Positions 38,327-51,419 of a DNA stretch of 64,000 bases are shown here, one piece after another. Origin of the DNA: Octopus bimaculoides (Eukaryota); the NCBI RefSeq assembly GCF_001194135.2, contig NC_068987.1, positions 107,072,373 to 107,136,372 on the forward strand, read 5' to 3'. The notes below the pieces were generated by a model. The model was given only the letters and a program-made list of their open reading frames with translations, had not been told where the DNA came from and did no database searches. Position 1 is the stretch's first letter; each line of letters begins with the position of its first letter. The position numbers and the translations under genes were made by a program.

Positions 38327-38500
38327 CAGTATGTATTTGGGAAGATATTTACAATTCTTGTATGGACAAAGACGACAAATGTGAATAGTATTTTTCCAGG
38401 TATCTTGCTTTTTGTGTCCTTTATATGAAATTGTGCGTATGGGTGTGTACTTACATATACATACACACATATACACATATACATATAGATACATATACAT

Positions 38501-38564
<64 letters not shown>

Positions 38565-39544
38565 GTATGTATATATATGTGCGTATGTGTGTGTGTGTGT
38601 ATGCGCACATATATACGTATGCATTTACAAACATAGGTATGTATTAACAACTCTGTGTTAATGCGTGTGTGTGTTTGTGTGTGAACGATAACAACGACAT
38701 CAGAAATTGTCATTCATAATATGTTTCGTTGAAACTCCTCAACAAACAAAAAAAAAAAAGAGAGAGAAAGATGAAAAAGAAAAGCAAGCAGTATCAACAC
38801 GAATCACCTAACGCAAGTCAACTACAAACGTACATGCTTCTCCACTCTTATATATTCTCTCTGTATTTTCGTTTTCTCTGTTTGTTTTTTTTTTGTCATA
38901 TATCTTCAGTATAAAAAAAAATTCACTTTACTGTATGCTACAGCTTTTTTTTTTTACGAAACGCTTTGTCCTCTACCTTCTCCTGCCTTTGTACCTCACC
39001 AAGCCTGAAGTTCTCGCCATCTCCATCGTTGCGAAGTCGCTATTTTACAAAAAAAGAAAAAAGAGAAAAAAAATATCTATGATTGGAAAGTAAAACTCAA
39101 ATAATATTATTTTCCTGCTGCATTTTCCGTTTCTTTTCGTATTATCTTTTTCTTTTTTTTAAGAAAATTTGAGTGCAAAAAGAAATTATCAAAATAATTC
39201 GGTTTACCGGTGTAATATTATTTTATAATCTGTTTTTGGAAAGAATGGCTTTCATCCTCATCTTCCCTCAAACAGTCTTCCGTTGTTTTCTTATTTGGTA
39301 TCTATTTCTCTTACGATACGTATATGCTTGTGTATGTGTTTGTGTGCATGTGTGTGTATGTATGTGCGGTTGCATGCGTGAGTGTGTGTGTGTACATGTA
39401 TATATACATACGTATACGTGTGTATCTATCCGTGTATGTACATTTATGTAAGCATGAATATAGCTACACCCGTATGTACACAAACGCATATAGCTGCTCA
39501 AACAAATACAGCTACACACGTATATATATACACACATACATACT

Positions 39545-39651
<107 letters not shown>

Positions 39652-40119
39652 GTGTGGGTGTGTGTGTGTGTGTGTGTGTATACATATCTATCTGAATCTC
39701 CCCAACTCCGTGTCTCATACCATGTCAATCCTTCAGCTCACTCTAATTCTCCTGACTTTATTATTCTGCTCGGCTTTTCTTCCTCTGGTCTCAATATTTC
39801 TTTCTAAGCCTATTCACAGCGTATCATTTCCCGCTTTCATTCTATCCCTAAGTTACTTTCTCACTCTTACGCCGCCGTCAAATCTTTCTCTTTGTATAAA
39901 ACGAATTATGATGACGGTGAGAATGATGATGAAAATAATATTTGTATATTTTCAAAATTCAAATAGAAAGCAGAGCTGGAAATCTAGATGACGGGTATAG
40001 CTGAAATAGGAAATTTGGCTACTGCGGGATTCAAACAAAGAACGTAAATCTTCGAAATACTTACTACGCTGTCTCTTTCCGGCGCTCATTTGAGAATACC
40101 TTGGCTATATGTGGCCTTT

Positions 40120-40560
40120 GATAATGCACCGTCGTTTTTACTGACAAGAGAGGCAAGATCCTTATGTACCAGGTATAGCCAGATCACCAGTGATTTCGCG
40201 TTTACATTAACGCTCTTGAGTTTCTCACACCGGCACCCTGGGTTAAACTCAACTCGTCTTGCCAGCTTATACGATCACCGTAGAAATCTTACGCTGATTT
40301 CAGAAATGGCACACGTGTAAATTCTGAATAACAAGGGTGACTTCTAAGAAATTTTTCAACCTAAAGGCAAAAATTTATACATCACTAAAGCGATCAATTA
40401 ATACATCACTTCAGGGCGCGATCCAGCACCAGTATGCTAGACGTAAACGTGAAAGCATCTCATAGACACTATAACGCACCGTCTTATTTACTGACAAGGG
40501 CGGCAAGCTCCCTATGCGCCGGACATAGCCAGACCACCAGTCAGTAAATAAGAACGTGCA
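40120..40560 (+). repeat. Diverged direct repeat pair (about 80-120 bp unit, 350-bp spacing)
   Basis: 'gcaccgtcgtttttactgacaagagaggcaagatccttatgtaccaggtatagccagatcaccagtg' (40126) versus 'gcaccgtcttatttactgacaagggcggcaagctccctatgcgccggacatagccagaccaccagtc' (40476). Confidence 0.8.
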
Positions 40561-40865
40561 TTAGTGTGGCCATGAGTTGTTTGATTCTTATTTCCAGAAA
40601 TACTGGCGCAGAATAGCGGAGCTCAGTCGCTTTAGTGACGTATATATTTTTGCCTTTCGGTTGAAAAATTGCTAACAAACCACCCTTATATTATAGTAAA
40701 ACAGAGTTTGTGCGCGCCCGCGCGTGTTCTGTGTGTGTTCAACTACCAAGTAAAGTATGTTTTGTGCATAACTCTATTTCACTACCAAAAGAACCACAAA
40801 AACCAGGTCGGGTCGAAACTTCGAAGATATACCGTCAACATTATGGGCATAATTTAGTATTACAT

Positions 40866-41084
40866 CTTTACTCTTTACTCTTTACTCTTTTAATTGTATC
40901 AGTCATTTGACTGCGGCCATGATAGAGCACCGCCTTTAAACGAAAAAATCGACCCCAGGACTTATTCTTTGTATGCCTAGTACTTATTCTATCGTTCTTG
41001 TTTGCCGAACCGCTAGTTACGGGAACGTAAACACACCCTCATCGGTTTTGAAGCGATGTTGAGGGGACAAACACAAACACATAA

Positions 41085-41165
<81 letters not shown>

Positions 41166-41343
41166 TGTATATATATACGGCGGGCTTCTTTCAGTTTCCG
41201 TCTACCAAATCCACTCATAAGGCTTTGGTCGGCCCGAGGCTATAGTAGAATGCATTTGCCCAAGGTGCCACGCAGTGGGAATGAAGCTGGAACCATGTGG
41301 TTAGTAAGAAAGCTACTTACCACACAGTCACTCCTGCGCCTAT
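40866..41343 (-). mobile_element. SINE family B, full length with internal (CA)n(TA)n
   Basis: Colinear with 56828-57240 from the 'ctcctgcgcctat' head to the (tactctt)n tail. Confidence 0.92.
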
Positions 41344-41439
41344 AGTAGATAATCGTTTAACGTGAAGTACGGTTTTCTGTGTTTTGTTTAACCCAGAGTT
41401 GCCTCTGATGGAGTCGACCATCGCATAGTTTCTTTTTCT

Positions 41440-42526
41440 TTTTGAAATACTGTAAATCTGAGTCTTTGTTGTGATGAAAGTGTGTGTTTTTAGAGAGATT
41501 TGTCTGCAATTTGTAGAAGCTCAGGTTACCACACAGACACCTGGAAGTGGGAGAAAAATCAGGTGAGTATGGTGGATGAGGGAGAACTTCCAATTCCAAA
41601 TCCTGTAGTTTCGCCAATGTCATTTTTGTGATGTCTGGTCAGACGTTGTCTTGTAATAAAATAGGAGTGAATCTGTTGACTAATCTAGGCTGCTTTTTTT
41701 GTAAGTTTCTGCATCATTTGGTCCAGTTGGCTGCAGTATACATCGGCCGTGATTGATGAGCCTGGTTTAATGAAATCATAATGGATGACATCTGCACCAG
41801 ACCACCAAACACACACCATCAGCTTCTTTTGATGAACTCTGCTTTTGGAGCTGTGATTTGGTGGCTCGACTTTGTCTAACCACTGCACTGAACGTTTACG
41901 GTTGTTGTATTGGATCCATTTCTCATCACATCTTACAATTCGATTCAGAAAATAATGCAGGCTTCCAAACGTTGCTGTTTCTGATTTTCATTGAGTTCAT
42001 GTGGAATCCGCGTATCCAACTTTTTCACTTTACCGATTTGAACTAGGTGAGTCAATGTTGTTTGCTTGCTCACACCAAATAGCATCGATAATTCACGGGC
42101 ACATTGAGATGAATCTGACTCGTCGGCCGCTTTCAGTTCCTAATTATCCACCTTTGTTTCTGGTCGACCACGTTACTCATTTGTGAGATCAAAGTTACCA
42201 GAATGAAATTTTGCAAACCAATTTGATACTGTATGCTGTGTAATAACACCAGAATGAAAAAACTTCATTAATATTCCGAGCTGTCTGTGATGCTGTATTT
42301 CCAACTAAGAACTCATATTTCAAAACTGTACGAATTTCCGACAAAAATAGCAAAAAACGAGTTATAAATACTTTATAAAGCACAAAATGAATTAGAATGA
42401 AGAAATAGATGTGTCAGATTTCTAATAAAAATTAAAGAGTGTCAAAATATAAAAATGGCCCAAAATGAACAGCTGTTAAAATTTACCATATACCTTACTA
42501 CAAATTTCATAATTGATGACCTAATA
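41440..42526 (-). mobile_element. Decayed mariner element
   Basis: 5' TIR-like 'tattaggtcatcaattatgaaatt' on the minus strand at 42526. Fragments read LKYEFLVGNTASQTARNINEVF; QWLDKVEPP...HQKKLMVCVWWSGADVIHYDFIKPGSSITADVYCSQLDQM; LEVLPHPPYSPDFSPT (YSPDL motif). Confidence 0.9.
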
Positions 42527-43139
42527 TATATATATACATCTGTGTGCGCGTGTCTGTGTGCATATATGATTTTCGAAGTTTCCTTAAAAATTCAGAAGTG
42601 AAAAAAGAGTGGTTTATCTATTCCAAAGTGCCGAATGTTATTAATATCTTCAACCAGAACTGTTAAGGTTACCTTAGGTTTTGACATCCATATTTATAGG
42701 CAACTATTTTACGCCTACGCTTCTTATGAATCTCTCGTCAGTCCTAGTTAAGACTGCAAGGAACAGTAAAAGAAAGGCAATGTAATTGACCACTTCATTC
42801 TGGTGAGGCAACCACTTTAAACGTTAGCTGTTCTTCCTGTAGTCAGCGAACAGGTTTTGCTTGCCACATGTGCACGTTCTCCCTTGATTCCTTTTACCAT
42901 TGTACTGTGCGTCATAAATAATATATCTTTGCGCGGAATTCTATAAAAAGGGGATTGTTATTAATGATTAATGTTTTCCTGTCAAGTTTTGAATTACGCT
43001 GAATTCATCCTTTAAGTAAATTCATTGTCATCTGGTGAGAAAGCTTTGAACTTATGTGGTTAATGAGATAGAGCCGTAACGTTTTCAATTTTGTCTTTTG
43101 CATTCCACACTATCATAAACAAATATTAATACTACATTT

Positions 43140-43340
43140 CCGGGGATCTGGCAGAAACATTGGTATACCGGTCAAAATACTTCGCGGCATTTCACCCGTC
43201 ATTACGTTCTGAGTTTCAATTTCTCAGAAGTCGACTTGGTCTTTCGTCTATTTCGGGATTCAATAAAATAAGTGCTGATTGAGTACTGGGGTCAACGTAA
43301 TCCACGTATCCGCTTTGTTTCAAAGCTTGAAACCAATATT
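43140..43340 (+). mobile_element. SINE family C, diverged
   Basis: 'gatctggcagaaacattgg...cggcatttcacccgtcattacgttctgagtttcaa...gtcgacttgg...gagtactggggtcaacgtaatc' aligns with 18937-19138. Confidence 0.7.
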
Positions 43341-45156
43341 ATATTTCCTTCATTACATTCTTTTCTTGGATACGAATGTCGTCCATGGTTGCCTAGCATA
43401 TATATGTTAGCTGTAGGGAACTTGGTAATTTGTTCTACTCTTCCTACTGTGATTCCTCTGACTACCATCATATGAGTGCTTGGATGACTTTTTCGTTTTG
43501 ATCTTGGATGACTCTTCCGTGGTGATGTAATGTCTACCAGGCTTCTTTTCATAGGTTAACCTCTGAACCCAAACTGGGTGTCTGTGGGGTGGCATGTTTT
43601 TCAAAAAGCAAAGAGTGTTTAGTTCAGACCAGTATATTTCTATATCTACCACTACTTACTTTCTTTAGAGTCTCCGTAATATTCATTACCTGAAAACCTG
43701 TCTGATAGGAGCTCCTCTTTTTAAGAATCAGAAAATATGGCAAAGCGCATATCAATACGATATTAAAAAAAGCAAAAACAAAACAAAAAAGCTAAAATTA
43801 TAAAATTAGAAATTAATGAAAAATCACAAAATTCAAACTCAAAAGTGGACCTGTTACTAGGGATTAACTCATCAAAGTTTGGTATTTGAGTGCACACGAG
43901 AAAATTGTGAAGTTCATTACATGAAATAGCAACCATATGCCTGTGTTTGTAGCATATTTTGTGATATAAGCATGCTCCAGTAATAGTCTGGGTAACTGAA
44001 ATGTTATTTCACTCTTGCAGGTGATTCTTAAGAAACCGACAATACTCATAATTAACATAGCATCTTTAAAGCTGATATTTTCTCGTGTGATACTTTTGAA
44101 TATGCTTTTACTGTTTATTGACCGACAAAAGAACAAAGGACGGAGCCCCTGTGTGCTCAACTGTTATCCTAGATATAACAATATTGCAAAGGAAACACAA
44201 CACAAAGATATATGAACCACTGCAGATCAACTCCTGTTCAAATGACGTCCTCATATTTTTGTAATCACAGTAAATCATCTTCTAAAAGATTGCGTTTAAC
44301 AGTGGAACTACGAGACGAGACCGATTAGTGTTAAAAAAGCATTAGTAGAACAGAAAGAATGATTCCGTCTGATAAGATTCAGAGAAGAAGCTGAGATAAT
44401 GAAGGCAAAATCAGTCAATACGAACGATAAACCTGTGAACTGAGTTTTAACGAATGTAGAGATAGATTCTGAGATTGGAATTCAGTGCAGTAAGATGTAA
44501 TGGAAGCCACAACAGTACTTAAGTATCCATGCACCCAAAATTGAAGCTACGCTGTAATCTATTAGAAGCTGTATGGTGTATATAAGATGGAGCCTAAAAG
44601 AGGAAAATAATTAACAAAAATAATTTGCAAATGTATCAGTGTCCAACTGGTCTAACAAAATGGAAATAAGTCACATTAAATCGAGTAGCAACTAGTTTTT
44701 AGACAGGTGGATTTTTACTTCATAATAGAAATGTAACAAGAGGACATGTTTTAAAAAATCCATTTAATTTAGAAAAAATTGAAAAGGATCTCTCAGAAGG
44801 TGATTATTTTAACACCACCATATACATTTCATATATTTTGTATGTTGAAGCTTAGACGCCTATAGATATATGCCTATATGTGTGTGAGTGTATGTGTGTG
44901 TGAGTGTGTGTGTGTGTGCGTACGTCTGGGTGTATGTGAGTGTGTGTGCGTGCGAGTGTACGTCTGTGAGAGAGAGAGAGAGAGAAAACTTTCTAGATAA
45001 GACAATATTTGCTCGAGAAGAAAGAAATTACAATTATATTACCTGCATACACGCTCACAAAAACATAAATATACGGAACATGCGCTTATTCATACACACA
45101 TACCTACATACATACGTACATACATCATACATGCCTACATACCCACGTACATATAC

Positions 45157-45201
<45 letters not shown>

Positions 45202-46100
45202 TACATACACACACACACACGCAGAATAAATACATAGATGCATGCTTTCATGCATACATGGAAACATATAACCATACGTACATATATGTATAACAGAACG
45301 ACACTTACAGTAATTCACGCACAATGTGCTACGCTGGCATAACGTTGTAACTCTCAAAAACAGATTCGCTCATACGCAGATGCACGCGCTTTTGCGCGCA
45401 CACACACACTCACAGACACATGCGCAAGCGCCCACGCACACTTACGTGCACACTTACGCGCACGCACACACTTGCACGCATACATAGTTGCAGAAAACTA
45501 CGCTTTACACACAATCACGAACAAACACAAAGGGAAGGTTTTCGAATAGAAAACAAAATTTAATATAAGATCAGAGAAAATGTTGAAAAAGAAACTACAG
45601 CCTGATGTTTTTTCCTTCTAAGCTGCTTTTTTGTATGTGCTCCCAGCAATATTATATAACCAAAGTAAGAGAAGGAAATTAAACGGTGCACAGAAAAACA
45701 TATAATAAACTACATTCGCTTGCAACAGGTCCAAAGGCGTACAGAATATCCTGTATCCATAAAATATCTAAGGATCTCCGTTGACGAAATCATGACTCTT
45801 ATTTTGAATAATATGTGCGTGTGTATCTCTGTAGCACTCTATCAATCAAACCAACCAGTGTTGTTTTAATATTGCTGGTCACTATGCACGTCTTGTATTT
45901 GATGTATCTTTCGGATGTTTGCCTTTCGCTGGCTGGCAGACTGTACCGGGTGCACAAGCGAACATTCTTCCCGAGAAGAATGCAAGTCCTTTTTGCTGCT
46001 AATTAGATTGGAGCAACATGATATGAAGTTCTTTGCTGAATAACACAAGGTATTGACGTTCTGAGTGTGAGTACCACAGATTGGGGAGTGGGTGTCTTTG

Positions 46101-47020
46101 CTAGTGTAGGGGTTGTTGTATTTGTGTGGTTTTGGAGGCAGTATTTTGGGTTTGTGAGAGGCCGACTGTGGATGTAATTACAGATGCTTGGGCCTTTGAA
46201 TGTACTTCCTCTTGTGTCGAGGTTTGCTTTTCCATTTTCTTGGAGTCACAACCAGCCATTATGTGCTCCTTTCGATCACATTTGAAGCACCTAAGCTTCT
46301 TTCCCTCCACCTGAATTTTCAAGACCACGTCCTCACCCACGAGCCCTCTATCGGGAATTTTTTCAAGATCTTCAGGAGCCACTTGGATGATAGCCGTGAT
46401 GCTTTGCCCGAGGCAATTTGGTGCGGTGGCTGAGCGTGTAACTTGTAGGAAGTTAATTTTGTTCTCTCTTTTAAATAATAGAGCGGCCATCACCCACACG
46501 GCTTCAATTTCTGGCGGTCCTTTTGCCACCTTAACATGGGAGGGGCGCTGTCCCATATATGTCGATAGAAGCACCACTTCATCTGTTTTCAAAGGGCTGA
46601 CAGAATATTCATGTTGCCTTCACTGCTATCCTAAATCTGGTTTCTACTGTACCAAATTTTATCCCTCTTGAGATATACATAATGTCATTCCAAAGTGGGA
46701 CAAGACATTTTTCAATTTTATCCTGGTAGATGAGTGCCATTTTTTTTACCTTTTGCAAAATGTTATAAATATAACAGTTCTTGGGTTTTTATTTACGCCG
46801 TTGCACCAGTGGGAGGGGATATTTTAACATCGGCCTACGCCTCTTATATCATTTTGAACATCTCCTGGAGGTCACCAAATGGGACCTCCAGATTTTCAGT
46901 ATGTATAACGGCGACTGCCCTTCGGAGCTTTTTTTTTTTTCTGTGGGGCTGGTTAGCTTCCAAAGTTTCACTCACTTCTTCGAGAGCATTTTTCTGTAAT
47001 TATCTCAACCGACATTTCGG
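46101..47020 (-). pseudogene. Non-LTR retrotransposon ORF1-like (Tx1/L1-type) copy C with CCHC zinc knuckle
   Basis: ...IQVEGKKLRCFKCDRKEHIMAGC fits CX2CX4HX4C. Upstream fragment IEKCLVPLWNDIMYISRGIKFGTVETRF is homologous to copies A and B. Confidence 0.7.
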
Positions 47021-47347
47021 TTGAGATAAATTAGCAAAGGAACACAAAAACACAGTCCAAAAATGTCTTCCTTTCACAAGGAATAAAAATTCAAATCCCA
47101 ACCCCGTCCGGGGTAAGGGAGCAGCTCAACGAAGCCAAAAAACGGCTGAAGTCATATTTTAATCCAAAAGAAAAATTGTAGGTTTCCCTTCAGTTCAAAA
47201 ATTAATTTCTCTCAAGTGGAATAACAGTTTATAAGGCCACTCCCGTTTGGGGGTGGGGTGCAGTTCAACAATGCCTACAAAGGTTAAATTATAACATGTA
47301 CTCTGTAAAAGATTCCAAAACAAAGCCAAATGGCTAGAAATATTTCA

Positions 47348-47900
47348 CTATTCCCCGGTAGCTACCTCTTGGAACTGCACCTCCACTCTTCCAAACTTTT
47401 CTCCTCTGGCATGGTAGGAAATCCCTTGCCAGATTGGTCTAAGTGCATTTTCAACTTGAGTCGTCGACACGACTCCTATTTTCCTGCTTGCTACAGAGTA
47501 TGTCCTGTAAATTATTGCTTTCCGTTTCTCCTTTAAAACCTCTTTGGTGGAGGACACCTTCACTTCGTTCCCCACTCTTTTCAATATATCTTTGAATTTA
47601 CCTATTTCTTCCAGACACATTTCTTCGATTATTCCCTTCGTCACTTCTGCATAATTCTTCGTCTTCATTTTTTCTTCAGTTCTATCCAAACATCTCACCA
47701 GTTCTTCTTCAGAAGGCAAAACGTAGGAAGAAGGGTAGTTCACAAAGTCTGAATATTTCAAGCCTTCACAACACCTCACCCGACGCCCCTCCATTAAACA
47801 AGATGGTATACGTCGCATCGCCAAGACAACCAAAAAACACGTGTGTTACACTAAAAATCCACAATCCAACCAACAAACGCTGTACCGGAAACAAGCTTCT
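47348..47900 (-). pseudogene. ORF1-like copy B (N-terminal half)
   Basis: ...NEVKVSSTKEVLKEKRKAIIYRTYSVASRKIGVVSTTQVENALRPIWQGISYHARGEKFGRVEVQF. Its 5' motif 'agaagcttgtttccggta' is shared with copy A. Confidence 0.7.
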
Positions 47901-48233
47901 TTATTTTAAGATCTTAGCCATGAAGGCCTTACATAGAGGAGACAGCACAAGGTGGAGACAAAAAAAAAGCGAATGAAAAGAATGACTTTATATGATGAAA
48001 GCTGAAATGAAGCCGTTCGACCCCACATCCGAGCAACTTCATTGATCCTGTAGCAATAGCATTTACATTAGCGTTTGCAACAACTTCATACAGTTTACAA
48101 AAACGTTTGAACTAATATTTACAACGGCTAATTTTGCCTTTTACACAAAACTAGTTTACAACAATTATTAGCGACAGCTAATTGTCCTTCCGAAAGATGT
48201 TTGTGTTATACTTCCTTAAAGTCTCGTGGGCAC

Positions 48234-48990
48234 TTACGTTTTCTTTGGCATTGAGCTAGTTTCCGATTTCTTGATCCAGTACTCATCGTCAAGATTTTCT
48301 TCGAAGTCGTTTAGTCTAGGTATGTATGCTGGGTCTGCCACTGCACAACGAAGGTGCTTGGGCATCCCTTTTACCTCTGATACACCCACTTTTATGATAT
48401 TGAACCACGAGTCTATTTCTTTATACACTTCATCGCTACCTTCCAAACAGCACCCCTACCGTTACAAATTTCTTCCCCCTGGCAAGGTATGAAATCTCTT
48501 GCCAGACTGCTCTCAACGCCTTTTCTATTTGTCCCGTCGACATATTTTCTATTTTTCTGGCTTCCACTGAGTAAATTCTATAAATTACTGTTCTTTCCGC
48601 AACTTGTATCATAACCTCTTGTCGGGAGACCACCTTCACTTCAATTCCCCACTTTCAAACATTACTTTATACTTGCTTACATCTCCCAGCCTTATATCTT
48701 CGTATTTTTTCTTCCGTCGCTGTAATATATATAAATTCTATTTTCCATAGCTTTGTCTATTTTCTTCAGGCACTCTACCATTTCTTCCTCCAAGTAGTCC
48801 AAGGCCGGGTAGCTCTCACTGTTTGACACAGAATAACTCAAACTATCACACCTCCATCACACAGGAGAAAAAACATCGCACAGCAAAGAAAAAAAAATTA
48901 CACGCACTGCAAAAAAAAACTCGTCTATCTCGTACAAAATATAAAAAAAAAAAACAAATGAACTTTGGGATACCGGAAGCAGGCTTCTTA
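48234..48990 (-). pseudogene. ORF1-like copy A (internally deleted)
   Basis: EVKVVSRQEVMIQVAERTVIYRIYSVEARKIENMSTGQIEKALRAVWQEISYLARGKKF. 5' motif is 'agaagcctgcttccggta'. Confidence 0.65.
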
Positions 48991-49371
48991 CTGCAGAGCC
49001 ACGCTTGCGCCTGTACACACACACACATATATATTATTGTTGTTGTTGTTGTTGTTGGTATTATTATTATATACGAAGATATTGCAATTTAGGGATGTAA
49101 ATTGTATTAATGCTCCCTTCTACTTGAGAAGAATTGAAATAATTTTTCAGTGTCTTACTTTAAAATGTTCTCAAATAATGCTATTTTCACAGCTTTCATA
49201 AATACCCTATACTTATCAATGACTACTCAGTTGTTGAAATTGTTATTTAGTCAGATTGGAGTCAGCAGATCTAGGAACGAAAGCATTCCAGGCTTTTCCA
49301 TCCGAGCATATGTTTTACAGACATAGCGTACCTAGAACTCCATTTTCCAATTTGTAGGTTATTGTTTTTAG

Positions 49372-49456
49372 ATGCACTGTGATATGGCATGATGCAAATT
49401 TGGATAATATTTCCTGGAGGTTGAGTAGCCCCATCAAGGATAACACTTTAGATCGT
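49372..49456 (+). CDS. Candidate 85-nt internal exon
   Basis: Acceptor attgtttttag| and donor cgt|gtaagt. Only one frame is open: CTVIWHDANLDNISWRLSSPIKDNTLDR. Confidence 0.4.
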
Positions 49457-51419
49457 GTAAGTAATATCTCGTTCGCTATTGACTTGTCATTTGGAAAAAA
49501 TGTAAAGAAGACTGAAATATTCCTGTTCATGCAGCATGACTTCATTTACAAACGTGAAATAATCCAGAAACAAGAGTTCGTGACAATACAGGCCATTAGA
49601 TTTCGAAAGACATTATTGCATAACTGGATTATTAACTATAAACTGTATTTAATCTGAGGGTAGAAAACATTGCATTTGTGAAAATTAGCTTGTGTTCTCT
49701 TGTTTATATATTCTAAAAGCCACTAGAGATATATTAGTGTCTACTAATTGAGCGGACCATCTCATTTCGACTCACCTTATACAATACAGAGATGTTACGG
49801 TATTTTTATTTATTATGCAGAAAGAACCATAGAGATATTGTTCCACAGCCATATTCATAATCCTAATCACATATTCATAATCTCGTATTCAATCTCATAA
49901 TCTCGTATTCAATCTCATATTCAACAGAATTTCATATCATCACAATCTCATATTCATAATTAATCGGCATCATATCATTCACCTTTCACAATGTGAAAAA
50001 GTAGCCCTTTGTTTTGGGCAATTTAACATTAGGAAGGGATACTGGAATTTGAGGATTAAATGAGCACAGCTCCGTCAAATCTGAGTGTCATCTTTCTAGG
50101 TTCGATATAGTAAAGTATTTGCCAAGTACTGGGTATTCATAAAATCGAGTATAACTGCTACTCAAAATTTGGGACATTGTCCTTTTGTTAGAAACTAAGA
50201 AGAACTTTAAATGAAACGTATTGTGACTGCATTGAAATAAAACGAATAATCCCTTTATATTCTATTCAGAAAGGTAAACCACTTATATTTCATAACAAAA
50301 AAAGAAAACAAAAAAACACAGTAAAATCTGAAAGTTTACACGTTTTACTGTTCATCTATTGTAGTTATATATAAAGTAGAGCTCTGCATAACCAATGGTA
50401 TGATAAAAAAATTTCCACATGTAACAGACACACCATTTAAAAAAAAATTTTTATCAAGGGCAATATAATCCATGTGACATAAAATTTCATATAGACGGTG
50501 ATATGTTGTTTCGTATAGGGAAATTCTGTAGAGTCTCAGTTATTTACTTGTGTTTACCTGTCACGTTCCTCGGCATAAAAATAAGTTTGGTTAAATTGTA
50601 TGACTTCAAATGGTTTTCGTGAAAATCCCTTTTCTTTTTCTATGCCATTGATGACAAAAAGTTTACGTTCAGCGTGTCGAAATTTTAATTACTTCACTAC
50701 TCTCGCTATTGGTGTGTCACACTTTAGATTTTTTGAAAATACCTACACAAACTTTTTAAATCACATATTACAACGAGAGTTTTTTTTTTAACATCCTTCA
50801 CTTAAAAAGTATTGTGTGTCACTGTGACATGCGAGTCATAAGGTTGCCAACAATGTTCTGAAGTATACCGTTTCACGAATATTATAAGTTGTAGATAATA
50901 TAATTTCTCTTCACAATAATGTGATTCTGAAATCTGAAAGCGACTAAAATAAAAACCTGCCATTGAATCTGAAGCTTTGTAAGTGGAATTTTCAAAGGGG
51001 AATATTGTGCTGAAAGCTGTATATATTCTTGGCAGAGAAACGTAGTCCATGGGCTGCTTAGACAAGACCATCTGGATCTTAGTTATATTTAGTTGGTTCT
51101 ACGTTATTACAAGCTTCACTACTGCGTTTCATGTCTTTTAGTATAAAAGAACAAAGGTTAACGCCTTCATGTGAATGTCGGAAGCGTTACGAGTCAGTAA
51201 TATGCAGCAATAATGCCGAGGCGCTCTGTCTGGTACTCCACCGACATGATTATGGGCTCAACTGTTTTAATCGTCGCTGTTTTGTGGGCTTATACAATAA
51301 GGACACACACAGACACACACACATAAACACATTTTCCTATGCACGTATCCACTGGTGTATATATATATATATATATATATATATTATGATTGACCGTTGA
51401 CTGAACACTATTCAATTTT

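Noticed and set aside
43407-43652. Minus-strand ORF possibly related to retroelement ORF1
   Set aside because: Could not align it convincingly to the 46-49 kb copies.
44021-44215. Strong acceptor (ctcttgcag|) followed by a 64-codon frame
   Set aside because: No donor and no recognisable protein; insufficient support.
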